From: Octopus vulgaris
Taxonomy: Eukaryota
DNA: 64,000 bases
Direction of reading: 5' to 3'
Assembly (NCBI GenBank): GCA_951406725.2
Contig: OX597822.1
Location: forward strand, 15,376,001 to 15,440,000
In this document: positions 12,133 through 26,159 of the stretch, one piece after another
Layout of the letters: each line of letters begins with the position of its first letter
Position numbering within the stretch: the first letter of the stretch is position 1
The notes under the pieces: generated by a model
Database searches by the model: none
What the model saw: only the letters and a program-made list of their open reading frames with translations
What the model was told of the DNA's origin: nothing
Made by a program: the position numbers and the translations under genes

Positions 12133-13379
12133 CAGTGTATGGAAATACGACAACTGGCACGGAGGCATACGTTTGACTCCATGTTAAATATAAAGAATAT
12201 ATTGACACCAAAATAAGAAGTAACTGGATGGACAACGAATAGCCGAATAGATTTCAGGATTTTGATTTTATAAGGAAAAATTACATTTTTCTTCACAACT
12301 ATCTAAACACTTTTCAGTGGATAATGAAATTTTCTTTGGACAAATTTGAAATATTTTAACAGCATTAGAAGCAATGCCATGGTATATTTCAACGAGAAAA
12401 TGATTCTTTAAACAACACTTTCACTTGATATCGAATGGCTCCAAAATAGCTATTTAAACATACACTAATGCATTATATGCACATGTAAACGCATATATAT
12501 GTATATATGTATGTGTATACATACATATACATACACGTGTACATATGTGTGTGTGTGTGCTTGTGTGTCTATGTATATAGTGTTTGAAGTGGTGTACAGA
12601 TATTGTATACTGAGAAAAAGGAGGCAGTCAGAATCTTGGGGAATTCTATATTTCGTTGTTCATTTATAAGAATCGGATGTTTTTTGTTTTGTTTTGTTTC
12701 TTGCAAAGAAAAGCGAAAAGGGGGAAGACAAATGCAGAGAGAGGTTTCAGGACAATCAAAAAAGAAGAAAAGAACAATAAGAGATGGGCAAAGGATAGAT
12801 AGATAGAGAGAGAGTGAGAGGGAAAGATAGATAGGAGAGAGAGATAAATAGATAGATAGATAGATAGATAGATAGAGAGAAAGATAGATAGAAGGGGAGG
12901 GATATAAGTAGATAGATAGATATACTTTCATTTTGATGTGGTCAAACAATTGAAATTTCATTACAAAATATTTTTCATTTCTTTTCTTTCTTTTGTCTTG
13001 TATTTGTCTTTCCCCCCACTCTTTCCTCGCTCATTATATACATATCAAACATATGTGTAAATAAACACATTTTGTCACAAGGTCTGGTCACCATTCAAGA
13101 TGTCAATTTTAGGAAGTAGGATAAGAAAGATAAGAAAAAAGGATGGGGTGAGCTCATCACTGAGAAAAAAAAAGTTTTAAGTCCTAAGAAAATGTGTATT
13201 CCTTTACACTTCTAATCTAAAGAGAAACGGATGCACGATGTCATTTCGGGAACAATATTACACATTTACAATTGATATTCGCAGAATAATTTTTAGCACT
13301 CGCACATACACCCACTAAAACACACACACTCATCTGTGTTTCTGTGTACACAAACACTCACGCGCGCACACTTGTATAT

Positions 13380-13476
<97 letters not shown>

Positions 13477-13785
13477 TGCATAAAGTTAGCTGTGTTAGTG
13501 GATCAAATTACCGTCTTAGGGATAGAAGTATCCATTATATTATCAGTACATTACCAAAGTTTAACCATCGGCATACATATGCAAGCATGTTATGCTCATA
13601 AAGTGTAGGTAAAAGGAAAGATAAAGATGAGGTTATCAAGAATCAAAATTTTAAGAAAACAGAAAATGGAGAAATACTGATGAACAACAAATGACTTGCA
13701 TCAATTATTATTTATTAATTAATAACTAAAAAAATGATGTAATTCAAATCTTCATCAATGTTTCTCCATTTTCTCTTTTCTTTTG

Positions 13786-13822
<37 letters not shown>

Positions 13823-13953
13823 GGGTTTTGAGAGGTAATGGTGTCAATAAGACCCAAAGGTGCTAGACTATCGTTAATCTCCAGGTTCGGTGATTATGCG
13901 AATGAGGAGTCCAACGTAGGTCATATACCAGCATGTGTATATATTAAAAAAAA

Positions 13954-14056
13954 TAACAGAATGAGATAAAAATCCAACGCTGTGAAAGATTTCAGACCTA
14001 CCATTTATAAATGTTTTGATATCTTTCACAGCCTTGGATTTTTATCTCATTCTGTT
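13954..14056. repeat. Inverted repeat, ~36-bp arms and ~30-nt spacer
   Basis: AACAGAATGAGATAAAAATCCAACGCTGTGAAAGAT versus ATCTTTCACAGCCTTGGATTTTTATCTCATTCTGTT, 1 mismatch. Confidence 0.85.
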
Positions 14057-14126
14057 TATATACATACATACATACATACATACATACATACATACATACA
14101 TACATACATACATACATACACACACG

Positions 14127-14235
<109 letters not shown>

Positions 14236-15541
14236 TTTATTTAAAAGCACCAGAAATTCAACAAAACCTGTTATTCGGAGTTTCACGTTCCCGTTCGTTG
14301 GACAATTTTGTTAAAATAGAACCGATATGACATTTCTATCAAGACTAGTATAAACGTTACACCTTTAAAAATGAACTTGTTTGATTGCTCCTTTCAAATA
14401 ACGGACATATGCGAGCGATAAACAAAAATGAGTTCAATATAAAATATAAAATTATAAAAGTCGAGGAAAAAACCTTAAATCGAATCTTTGGTTAAAATAC
14501 ATATTGTCATTAATAAGAAAAATATAATTAATACATACAAATTGAAATTAAAATATTAAAATATATTAAAATATTTCAAAGCAGTACATACTCATACTAA
14601 ACTATTAACATACATATATACATCAACATACACAGATAGATGTGCGCAGACCATATACATATACAGACATATAATGCGAAACGAAAATATATACACAAAT
14701 GCATGTACACATATGTATACGCAATCTAGCTCGCATGCAAAAATCACTTGTATCCATATAGACTATAAGCAAAATTCATGGATGGGGAAGGGGCTCTCTT
14801 ATTTGCAACAGAAAGCTAAAGACGTAAGTAAAGGAGGGGGAGGGGGACGTAAAGTTTCAGGGCTCTATACAAGTAACGAATAGGGAGAGAATAAACGAAA
14901 GAAAGGAAGAGGGAGAAAAAAGAAAAAGAGAAAAGGAAAACAGAAAAGGAAAGAAGAAAAAATAATATTCTGACTATACGCGACGAATGTTTGCATACAA
15001 ATTATGTAAGCAGGAAATACACATATATGGACACATATATAGAGACAAGTACACAAACACACAAGTCCAAGTGGATACATGCATACACATACATTCATGT
15101 ATGTATGTGCTTAAGTACAAACATACGCTCACTTACACATACACATAGACGTATGCTTACAAATACATATTCATGCCAATACACATATTCACATAAAAAT
15201 GTCTAGGATCTGACTACATTATTTTTTTTAATTGCTGAGTGCATAATAATAAAAATTTAGACGAAAGACATGCAAAATATAACACCCTATATTGGTTTAT
15301 CTATAAATTAAATTACCAAAGTGAGCCTATACAATATAATAAAATGAAATAAACTAAGTCGAAGGTTTTTGCTAGGGAATATGTCGAAATATAAACAAAA
15401 TATAAACAAAATATATGTACAAGACTTTGCTATGCGGAATGAAACCTGCATAGCGCGAAACAAATCCATCGATGTGATTAAAGACTAGTCCAAGAATCAA
15501 AAATTCAAAAAGACAAAATATACGCTATCCATAAGGGATAT

Positions 15542-15862
15542 TTACGTTCGACATTTTGAATTCGGTTGCGTGCCTGCATGTTCGCTTCTTTGATTCAAAG
15601 AAATATTGTCTTTGAATAAAATGAAATATTTCTCTAACAAACAGAGATTGCATTTAAAATTTTTCTTGTGTACCCCGTGCCTATATGGTGCCGCTCTATC
15701 TAGAATGCTCCATGACACATTGAAAGGTCGGGCTTCTTTTTCTTTTAGTTCCCAGACATATTTTGCCAGACTGGTCTTCTTCCTATTTTCTGGGTATCGA
15801 AATGAATTTTTGTGCGAATAAAATCGCGTTTTAAAAGAATTTTCCGAAGGCCCTGTATAAGT

Positions 15863-15868
<6 letters not shown>
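15542..15868 (-). mobile_element. Penelope-like element fragment (GIY-YIG C-terminal part)
   Basis: YTGPSENSFKTRFYSHKNSF...TSLAKYVWELK...WSILDRAAPY...KCNLCLLEKYFI...LNQRSE; truncated at a (TA)n tract. Confidence 0.8.
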
Positions 15869-15922
<54 letters not shown>

Positions 15923-16006
15923 TGTAAAGGAATAATTGAGATTCGGTTGAATTAGGGACTCAAGTTTAAGCACGTTAGTGCGTATTATCCGTACAACTGA
16001 AAGTAT

Positions 16007-16060
<54 letters not shown>

Positions 16061-16877
16061 CACACATTCTTTCTATAAGATTTGTTTTATTCTACATTTT
16101 CAAGAATATCTTATATACTGAATAACTTTTAATTTAAGAAAATCTTTCTTCACACATATCCACACACATACACACACACACACACACATACACACAGACA
16201 TACACTGAAATGTATATGTTACATGTGTTTGTGTGTGTGTGTGTGCTGGTTGACCTACATACAGGCAAACGTAGGTAGTACCTTCATAGAAATTAATAAG
16301 TTTACATTGTGAAATATTTGCAAGCTATTTCATTATTTGTATACCCACACAGTTATTAATGCGGATTCAAACTATAGGCTTACTGTGGCAGAGCTGCAGT
16401 TTCCGTGTTATATTTTATAGGGAGACGCAGAGTGAAGTGCGCTGAAGCATAGGATAATTGCAACGATAAGGAACTCATCTACTTAAAGGTTTAAAAGTTT
16501 GTGGCACAAGGAATGTGAAATTTCTGTTAATTTAGATTGAACAGTCGTCCTGCAGGTGTTTTCTTTCCTTTCAAATGCCTTTTGAGTGGCATGGTTTCTT
16601 AGAAGCAGGAAACTAGGTTAAGAGTTCAGAAAAACAAGGTTTAGACACACATAACTTAATATACGCTCCGAACTATATTAACACATAACACGTAAAAATT
16701 ATACATTTACATACATACCTGTATGTATGTGTATATATATATATATATATATATACTTAAAAGACACAGCGGCACAAGAGAAATTGAATGCTATTTCATA
16801 AAAGTATAAAAGTATAACACTGTAAGTGCAATATGCTCTTAAATGTATGTATATATATATATACATATATATAAACA

Positions 16878-16922
<45 letters not shown>

Positions 16923-17081
16923 TACATACATATATGTACATATGTGTGTGTGTGTTATTCAATATATATATATATAAACACACGCTATAAAGATGATTAT
17001 TTTTCTCTTTTACAAACAAAAATCTTATAGGATTCAATCCAGAGGCACTACATCAAACACACACACACACACACGCAAATT

Positions 17082-17134
<53 letters not shown>

Positions 17135-18189
17135 GTTTATACAAAATATTCACACATACACATGCACATTCATATATATGTATGTATATATATATATAGA
17201 TATATATATGTGTGTGTGTGTATATATCCTCATATGTATTACATGTTCAATATATTTGCACCACATAATAAAACATTATACAGGCTTAAAACCATATTTA
17301 ATGTATCATTTAGTTTACAATAGATTGAAGAACACCAATATATTCTCCGGGAAAACATTTTCCGTTTTATGTTCCTCTGTTGATAATACACTTGCTCTTC
17401 TACTCAAACTATCTGGATTAACGCGTGTTCCATGTCACTGAAGACGCTAGATATATTCCACACATATTTATACGCCTAAATGTTACATGCTCTGTTGCTC
17501 TTCCGAGTAAATGAACCATTTTGTTTTCATATGTTCTTACATGTATTTTGCCATTGTATAAAAAAGTAGTGACATAATGTTCTCTAGAACACAAGAAATT
17601 TTGAATAACTCCTCTTTTATGATCGATTCTATATAAGTTCCCCTATATTACGTCTACTACTAAGGCGAAAATCAATGTTATTAAATTGTCTTCATTTGAG
17701 GATAGGCTTCTGTGAATATACGCTTTGATATTACGATGGATATGTTAAACAATAAACTATACGAGGAAGGTTCAAGAAAAAAGGCTGTAAAGAATTTGGT
17801 AAAGTGATTCCGTTACAAGTGTTTACAGGATGTCTCAAAAAATTTATGTCAACTTTCTGGCTATTTATATCACTTTATCAGTATTAATACAGAACTATGT
17901 ATAGACAGGGTTATTCAAAAAGAATGAACCGATTTCATTCCGCTATAATTTAAAAAACAATAGGAATAGAAAATTCCAGCAAAGTCACAAGTATTTACTC
18001 ACAATCAACTTTTATTTCCTGTCCTATAAGTGTTCAATGTGGCCACCACCTGCAGCACGGGCAACATCAGTGCGATGAGAGAATATATTTATATATATAT
18101 ATATTAGAGGCAGCTCGGAACCGCTAAATTACGAGAATAGACACAGACACACCGGCACACACACATATAAACATGTACAACAATGATAT

Positions 18190-18332
18190 TTTCAGTTTCA
18201 TTTACCAAAGCCATTAAAAGTCATTGGTGACCTCGAGGGTGTAGCAGAAGACATTTGTCCACGATGCTACGCAATGGGACTGAAGCATGTGATTGAGATG
18301 CAAACGTCTTACCGCACCGCCATTCCTGCGTC
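18190..18332 (-). mobile_element. SINE head fragment, decayed
   Basis: Reverse complement similarity to 19441-19600. Confidence 0.55.
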
Positions 18333-19394
18333 TGTATATGTCCATTAATTTTGTTAGATGTATTTGCTAATATGAAAGAAATAGTACTATCACCACTTCT
18401 AATATGTCTAACTCTTCAATCATCAATGACGTGACTTTTTGTAGCGCGTACTCTCGCCACTCGCCACTGTCTTTCGCATTATGTTGTTTCGTACTTCTTC
18501 AAGTTCAAAGGATTAATGAGTCGTCTGGTACAATCCTCCTTACTTTGTAAAGTATAGGAATAGCGGAGACTTGTGCAAAAATGTTAGAAAAATTGCATTT
18601 AACTTTCATTTTGTGCACCATAAAGTGTCCATAGATTTCTCGTATAGCTAAATCGGTTGTTTTGGTATCAAATTATTCTCAACGGTGTTTGTATTACGAA
18701 TGAAATTGTTCCAAATTACAATTTAAATAATGTCACGAATTCAATTTTAGGAAAATACTGCAGACACTATCACACTAGTCACAGTGTAGTCACTAATGAC
18801 TTCAACACATCACTTCAAGCACTCGTTAGATAACACTTACATTCATATTTTATTAAACCCAAAACGACAGAGAAGGCAATTACCACGTTATTCTATGCAC
18901 ACACATACATTTTACTTAGCATTCTCATCCGCCTACACCATCGCTTTCTTATCACCTATATAACATCTTCTGTTGAATTATTCGCTGATATTTATGTTCA
19001 CAGCTATGTTACATTTACGTGTAATAAAACCCTCATAGATTTCTTTTCATGTAATGGTATTGTTGTAATATTTACTGTTCATGTAATTATATAGACGACT
19101 ATTTTCAATTGTTATTAATGTGAAATTTTCCACTAGCTTTATATTAAGCTACAGTAACACATACTTGAACAATCAGAAATGTTTCCAGTTAATCTATAAT
19201 CGATATCAAAACCTCTGACATTCGTATTTTAGCTTAGATGAATAATTATTGATTTAATAGGGCCAATCAATAGTTCGCAATATTTACTGAAAAGTTTTTG
19301 AAAAAATTGATTTGAGGAAACCTACTCCAACTCATTTCGATTAGCCTATTCTCTTCTTATATATTGATGTGTGTGTGTATGTGTGTGTACATAT

Positions 19395-19440
<46 letters not shown>

Positions 19441-19602
19441 GGTGGAGGAGTGGCTGTGTGGTAAGTAGCTTGCTTACTAACCACATGGTTCGGGGTTCAG
19501 TCTCACTGCGTGGCATCTTGGGCTAGTGTCTTCTACTATAGCCCCGGGCCGACCAATGCCTTGTGAGTGGATTTGGTAGGCGGAAACTGAATGAAGCCAG
19601 TC

Positions 19603-19679
<77 letters not shown>

Positions 19680-19817
19680 TTAGAGACAAAACCACTATTA
19701 TGCAAATCAAACAAAGAAAGACTTAATCCAATACATAAAAAAATTTATATAAATTAAATATAATTAAGATATCCACTACGATCGTTTCTTGTCACTTCTA
19801 TGGACATTCATCATATT

Positions 19818-19900
<83 letters not shown>

Positions 19901-20130
19901 TGTGTGTGTATGTTTGTGCGTCTGTGTTTGTCACCCCAACATCGCTTGACAACCGATGCTGGTGTGTTTACGTCCCCGTAATCTAGCGGTTCAGCAAAAG
20001 AGACCGATGAAATAAGTACTAGGCTTACAAGGAATAAGTCCTGGGGTCCATTTGCTCGGTTAAAAGCGGTGCTCCAGCATGGCCACAGTCAAATGACTGA
20101 AACAAGTAAAAGAGAGTAAAGAGTAAGAGT
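19441..20130 (+). mobile_element. tRNA-headed SINE with internal (TA)n/(TG)n tract
   Basis: A-box-like TGGCTGTGTGG and B-box-like GGTTCAGTCTC; tail GCGGTGCTCCAGCATGGCCACAGTC...TGAAACAAGTAAAAGAG; several related copies in the window. Confidence 0.8.
19773..19813 (-). ncRNA. Hammerhead motif, 5'-truncated, in a ~145-bp insert inside the SINE's (TA)n tract
   Basis: Minus: TGATGA a TGTC-catagaagt-GACA a GAAAC-GATC-GTA GTGG; palindromic stem III ACGATCGT; C3 and the 5' strand of stem I are missing. Confidence 0.65.
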
Positions 20131-20178
20131 ATATATATATATAAATATGATGATGTACATATAAGTATGCATACATAC

Positions 20179-20228
<50 letters not shown>

Positions 20229-20825
20229 ACATACACACATGAGGATATACGCATATTCCTTTATATGCATAAGCATATTAAATTACAACCGTCAATCATA
20301 CGTGGCCTTGGTATTAGCGTTCACTAAATGTTTTAGGGTCACATATGGTCGCGAACGGTCTCAGACCCTCTCGCAGTCCTCGAAATTTTGAGTCGGTATA
20401 TTAACATGCAATAGGCGGCGAGAGATAGGGATTCACCACTTAGTGTTATTCTCTTTGTCTTGAAAATATAAAAAAGGAAAGCGACCGCGTCGCTCTGTTA
20501 TGTATGCATATAAAGCTCAGTGACCTGAAAGAAGTCTCGCAATATATTGAATCCAGTGCCCTGGTGACTGAAGTATTCGACTGCTCTACTCACACACAGA
20601 TACACGTACAGGAGTCTAAAGTATATAAAGATAGAATATAAATTATTAGCTGATGTGCAATAAATCTGTACAAATAGAATGAATTCAGATTATGCAATAA
20701 AAGTAGCTTCAGTGTGTAGAATTATCAATTACCCACTTAAGTCTGTTATCAAAGCCTCAGAAGCGACTATTTTTCATCCGAAAAATTCCCCTCAAAGACG
20801 TTTAGTGTTAAAAAACATAAACAGT

Positions 20826-21535
20826 ACAAGATGCGATGGGTAAATTGTCGCATTTATATATATTTAATTTCGAACATTCACATTGTTACCGATTTTATTG
20901 AATACACAGTATAGTAGGGTCAGTTGGGCACCGTCTGTGAGAAAAACAGCACCATTATGCAATTCACTCTGCCAGAAATTTGGAAACTATATGCTGTATC
21001 GCTTGATATTCGTGCTGGAAGCTCCAATTCGAAGAGATGGTTAACACACAGACCAACCGTTGTCTTGCCGTGTCCCCAAATCATGTACCGAGAGTGATAA
21101 ATATCAAACATCCAGTCAACATCATGGTGTTTGGAGTGACTACCAGTGATGGCGACGTTATGCCTCTATCCATCTTCCCACACGGCCTCAGACTAAATAC
21201 GGAGGCATCCATCAAGTAGAGGAGGTACTGCTGCCCTATGTCATGAGGGTGGCTGCTGGAAGTCCCTATGTCTGACAACAGGACTCTGCACCATGATACA
21301 CAAGCAGGAGAACCCAATCATGGCTGTCTGACGATTTCTCCGACCACATCACCCCTAACATCTGGCCACATAACTCCCCAGACTGCAACCTCTTTGATTA
21401 TTATATGTGGGGTGCAGTTGAGCGGGAGACCAGAAAAAAAAGTCCTTGAAACGCCAAAGATGAACTGAAGTCAAGGATTATGGCAGCATTCACCAACTTA
21501 AAAAAGGAGACCCTCCAGAAGAGTTTCAGGAGATT
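20826..21535 (+). mobile_element. Decayed Tc1/mariner-superfamily transposon (maT/DD37D-like)
   Basis: Fragments KHPVNIMVFGVTTSDGDVMP, QQDSAP, WPHNSPDCNLFDYYMWGAVE across frames. Confidence 0.7.
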
Positions 21536-21729
21536 CTGTAATCTTCACTGTTTATGGAATTATATATGAAATGACACTCTTAAATACATCCACGCTCAAA
21601 TAACAGGAAACCCTTAAGTACGATAAATAAAAGAAATCGTGTAAAACCCAGCATCCTAAGAAAACCACTAAACTGACGACCTGAGACGATATGAATCTCT
21701 TAGAATCTTATAAAATCCCTTATAGAATC

Positions 21730-22820
21730 TCTTAGAAATCGTCAATATTACAAGAAATATCAAATGAAGTCGTAATTCTCAGTATTTGGTCTCCTGTCTC
21801 CGAAATAATCCCCCTCCTCAAAAAATGCATGACGGCTACTTGATCTAGTAATCCCAAGAGTCGGTATACATTTCCAAATACATTTGAGCAAAAATGCAAC
21901 ATCTGGAAGTGTAGATAATCTGAATCTGTGCATAAAATTTGCAATTGATCTCAATATTTGGTGCGTTAATGATGTTAAAAAAATATGCAAATTTCTAACC
22001 AAATTCCCTGCACTCATATATATTCAAGACCTATTATATAAAATGACTACATTGTACTGAGTATAAAATACTTGTATTCAAAACAACAAATATATAGTGG
22101 TATGTGGGCAAAGTAGACAGAGACAACTTGTCTTGAATCTGTTTTGTATTTTTTCCCTTTCTCCTAAGCTAACACAATAGTACAAGCATTATACAAATCT
22201 TGATTCAATGAAAGCTATTTGTAATCTCCAGTGAAAAAGCCTACATATTATGAATGTCAGGTCCCTTAATATTATGCCACAATATCAAACCAAAATTCTA
22301 CGTTTCTACAAATGATGGCGTCGTATTAGTTTAAAGTTAGGATTTTTTAAAAAATTCAGAAAATTTTGGTGTGGTGGAAGTCGACGGTCCTCGGTCAATG
22401 ATTAAGGCCAACGATCTCAATTAATAGCTTAACAATTATGAATCTGAATATATGGGTGGTGTCAAAGATACGCTGGGGACAGTGTGAGTTAATTGCTGTT
22501 AAAGTTTTGTATTAATAAAGGCCTTTACTTATGGCTTAGAGGAATTCTTTGAAATGGCATATGCATGGAAATATTTGCTTAAGCATCGGCCGGGGATCGT
22601 GCAAACAAGTACTGTAGGGCCTTATGCCGTATAAATAGATTTGCAGCTATGTGGAATATAACTGGTAAACCATGAAGACATTTGAATGTCGCCTATAAAA
22701 TATGTGCTGCGTTGTTTTAAAATGTGTGTAAAAAGGTGTGTAAAAATGTCCTGATAGACATTTACTGAGGTATCAGTGCTTGTTTTGCAATGCCTTCAAG
22801 AGAGCGTCGCTCATCGAAAA
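21730..22820 (+). mobile_element. Possible highly decayed piggyBac-like transposase remnant
   Basis: Colinear short motifs KLFVISSEKAYI (~22212), YMGGV (~22449) and a Cys-rich end; many stops. Confidence 0.35.
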
Positions 22821-23132
22821 TAATATCTGTGCATTTACAAGCGTAGGATTTATAAACCGTTGAAAAAAGGCACAGTCCTGGAACATTCTGTTCTGTTACG
22901 ACTATTTCAGTTTCACTCAAATGGCATTAATCGCCACAAAGCCATAAAGACGTTTGCAAAAGATGAAATATGCCAACCGCTGGAACTGAATCCGTTACTT
23001 GTGAGAGTGAAACGAAATATGGACTCCACGTTCCTGTCTGGCTATAATGAATTTACGGTTCTATCAATTTCATTAGTGTCTTAATAACAACGCATTAGAT
23101 CCCAAGAAAATTGAAGGCTCTTTTAGTCATCA

Positions 23133-23563
23133 CTAGCAGCATAGCCCGGCGTTGCCCGGGTATGTAAGAGACCCTAGTAGGCAACGACTAATCCCAATCT
23201 AGTCCTTTCCCTCTAGGGAACGAAGGCGCATGTGTGGGTTGCAATGTCTTCTCTTCACTCGAATACTTCTGTGTATACGATGTTTCTAGCTGTCCCTTTG
23301 GGCGATAAAAAGGTCGAGTTGTGTCCCCTAGACAGAAAATGTGTTGCATATAAAAAGCTTAGATTCTCGACCCCATGTCGAATTTATCGATTTTTTCAGA
23401 ACTGGGGGAACTTTTCAAAATTTTCACTGCGTTAGTTTTGAATTATGACATTGGGCTATGTGTGTGTCAAGTTTCATCAGAATCGGTTGAAAGCCGTGGT
23501 CAGGGTGAGGGTACAACCTGACAGACACACAGACAGACAAACTGCCGTTTATATAGAGAGAGA
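23133..23563 (-). mobile_element. Complete short non-autonomous Helitron (~430 bp)
   Basis: Minus 5' A|TCTCTCTCTATATAAACGGCAGTTTGTCTGTCTG; 3' hairpin CCCGGGCAACGCCGGG then CTAG|T; inserted between A and T. Confidence 0.85.
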
Positions 23564-23874
23564 TTAACACAGAAGCTAAACTTACTTTGCTGGGAGAATG
23601 CAAAATATTTCAACAAGAAAAAGAAAATATTCTTATTAACAAAATAATCGTGAACCGACAACTAATTCAGTCACGAGGCTCAATAAATCTGCTTTAGTTT
23701 TAATACTTGTTTCTAAATTGAAAAAAAAAACCCCATAAAATAAGATTTTATTACACAAAATAGATGAAGCGACAGCAGAACATTTAAAATGAAAGAGTAG
23801 TAATACTACTAGCATCAATGAAAAGTTGCTATTTATCTATCCATCCAACCATTCATCTATCTATCTATCTATCA

Positions 23875-23956
<82 letters not shown>

Positions 23957-24599
23957 ACAAACACATAGATATATAAATACACACACACATATATATATAA
24001 ATAGAGGAGATAAATAGACAGATAAAAAGATACACATATAAATATATATGTGTATATAAGCATATATGTATATATATAGAGAGAAAGAGGGAGAGAGATT
24101 GTGCATGTGAGAGAGGGAGAGAGAGAGAGGTGGGGAAATAGATAGGAAGATAAACAGATTAGAGAATGCTAGCGAGAATATATATATAGCGATAATAATT
24201 GAAAAGAATATTACAGTCCATAGAAAGTTTGGAAATAGAGGTTTGTGACATTCCGCCAAAGTGTAACCTTTCTTAATAGCTATTCGTTTACATGGAATAA
24301 TCAATAGCAACACAGGACTAATCCCGGTTCCATTTTCATAGGATGTTTGGCAGTTATATAGAAATACGGAAATAACTGCTCATGAACCGACGCAGGCTGC
24401 ACACCAACTTGCTGTATGTTCTTCTTGTCAATCTACTTCGTAACTAGAAGCAAAGCATGTAACCTACTCATCGTTTCTCCTAACTTCTTATTTCTATATG
24501 GACACATATTCGCAGACAGTGACACATTGCGTAACATACACACATAAGCATTTGTAGGTATACACCAGCATAAATGTGTGTGTGTATGTGTGTGCGTGC

Positions 24600-24977
<378 letters not shown>

Positions 24978-25089
24978 TATTTATCTGTCTGCATATAGGT
25001 ATGTGAAAGAATGTGTCCATGCAGATATAGGGGTTATGAGTAAAAGGAGACTTCACCCTTACACATGTGTAAAGATCCTCACCGCTCAT

Positions 25090-25357
25090 TAATGAATGAC
25101 TATGAATTGTACCTTGAAATTTTATCCCCACCATAAGTCCGGGAGAGGGTGTTTTTACGGAAGACCAACAGTGTTCCATACGTACCACACTCCCCTCTCC
25201 ACGCCACCGATGCCTTTACATCTTGGCACCGGTGAAGTGCACCCGAGTAATCTGGGACAACGTGAAATAAAGTGTCTTGCTCAAGAACAAGGTACACAGC
25301 CCGGTCCGGGATTCGAACTCATGATTGTGAGCCTGACGCTCTAACCACTGCACCTTC
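25090..25357 (-). mobile_element. SINE, family of 53965-54296
   Basis: Shared CAACGTGAAATAAAGTGTCTTGCTCAAGAA and B-box-like GAGTTCGAATCCC on the minus strand. Confidence 0.65.
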
Positions 25358-25381
25358 ACTTATACATATATGTAAGCGGAG

Positions 25382-25475
<94 letters not shown>

Positions 25476-25561
25476 AAGGGTGAAAAGGAACACACGAGTT
25501 GATATATATGAAAAAACAAGTCAAAATAGAAAATGCTAAAGTAATTTTATAAAGAACATTT

Positions 25562-25599
25562 CAGTACCGGTTTCGGTCATATTGAGACCTTTTCAACTG
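25562..25599 (-). ncRNA. Minimal type I hammerhead, U3:A8 core variant (3' pLTR)
   Basis: Minus: CAG [TTGAAAA] GGTC-tcaatat-GACC [GAAA] CCGG [TA] CTG; palindromic ACCGGT stem III. Confidence 0.75.
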
Positions 25600-25740
25600 T
25601 AACGATTAAATAATTAAATTTATAAAAATTAAAAGAAAAGTTTTTTGTATAGTGTTCAAATATAAGTGGCATTCTGCCTTTCTCTGTCTCCCTTGTTTGC
25701 ACTTGTGTGTTCGATGCCGTTGTGAATTCTTGGTAGGGTA

Positions 25741-25998
25741 GAAGAAGAAGAAGAAGAAGAAGAAGAAGAAGAAGAAGAAGAAGAAGAAGAAGAAGAAGAA
25801 GAAGAAGAAGAAGAAGAAGAAGAAGAAGAAGAAGATGACGATGTTGATGATGATGATGATGATGAAGAAGAAGAAGAAGAAGAAGAAGGAGAAGGAGAAG
25901 AAGAAGATGATGATGATGGTGATGATGATGACGACGATGATGATGATAATGATGATGAAGAAGAAGAAGAAGAAGAAGAAGAAGAAGAAGAAGAAGAA
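25741..25998. repeat. (GAA)n/(GAT)n compound triplet repeat in the PLE 3' region; inverted copy at 28990-29170
   Basis: Direct reading; same interruption pattern in both copies. Confidence 0.95.
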
Positions 25999-26159
25999 AA
26001 AAGAGAAGGGAGAATATGAATGGGTGAAAGTAGTGAGGTGTTGTATGACTTGAAGTTGGCACGTTATGGATTATAGCTGTGATTGGGGCTGATTTGTAAT
26101 GGATTCTTTGGAATGTAATATTTGTGTGTGTATTTCTTTTATTCTAAAGTTGAGGTATA

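Noticed and set aside
17430-17492. CTGAAGA followed by a plausible stem II
   Set aside because: GAAA reads TAAA and stems I and III cannot be assigned; too degenerate to call
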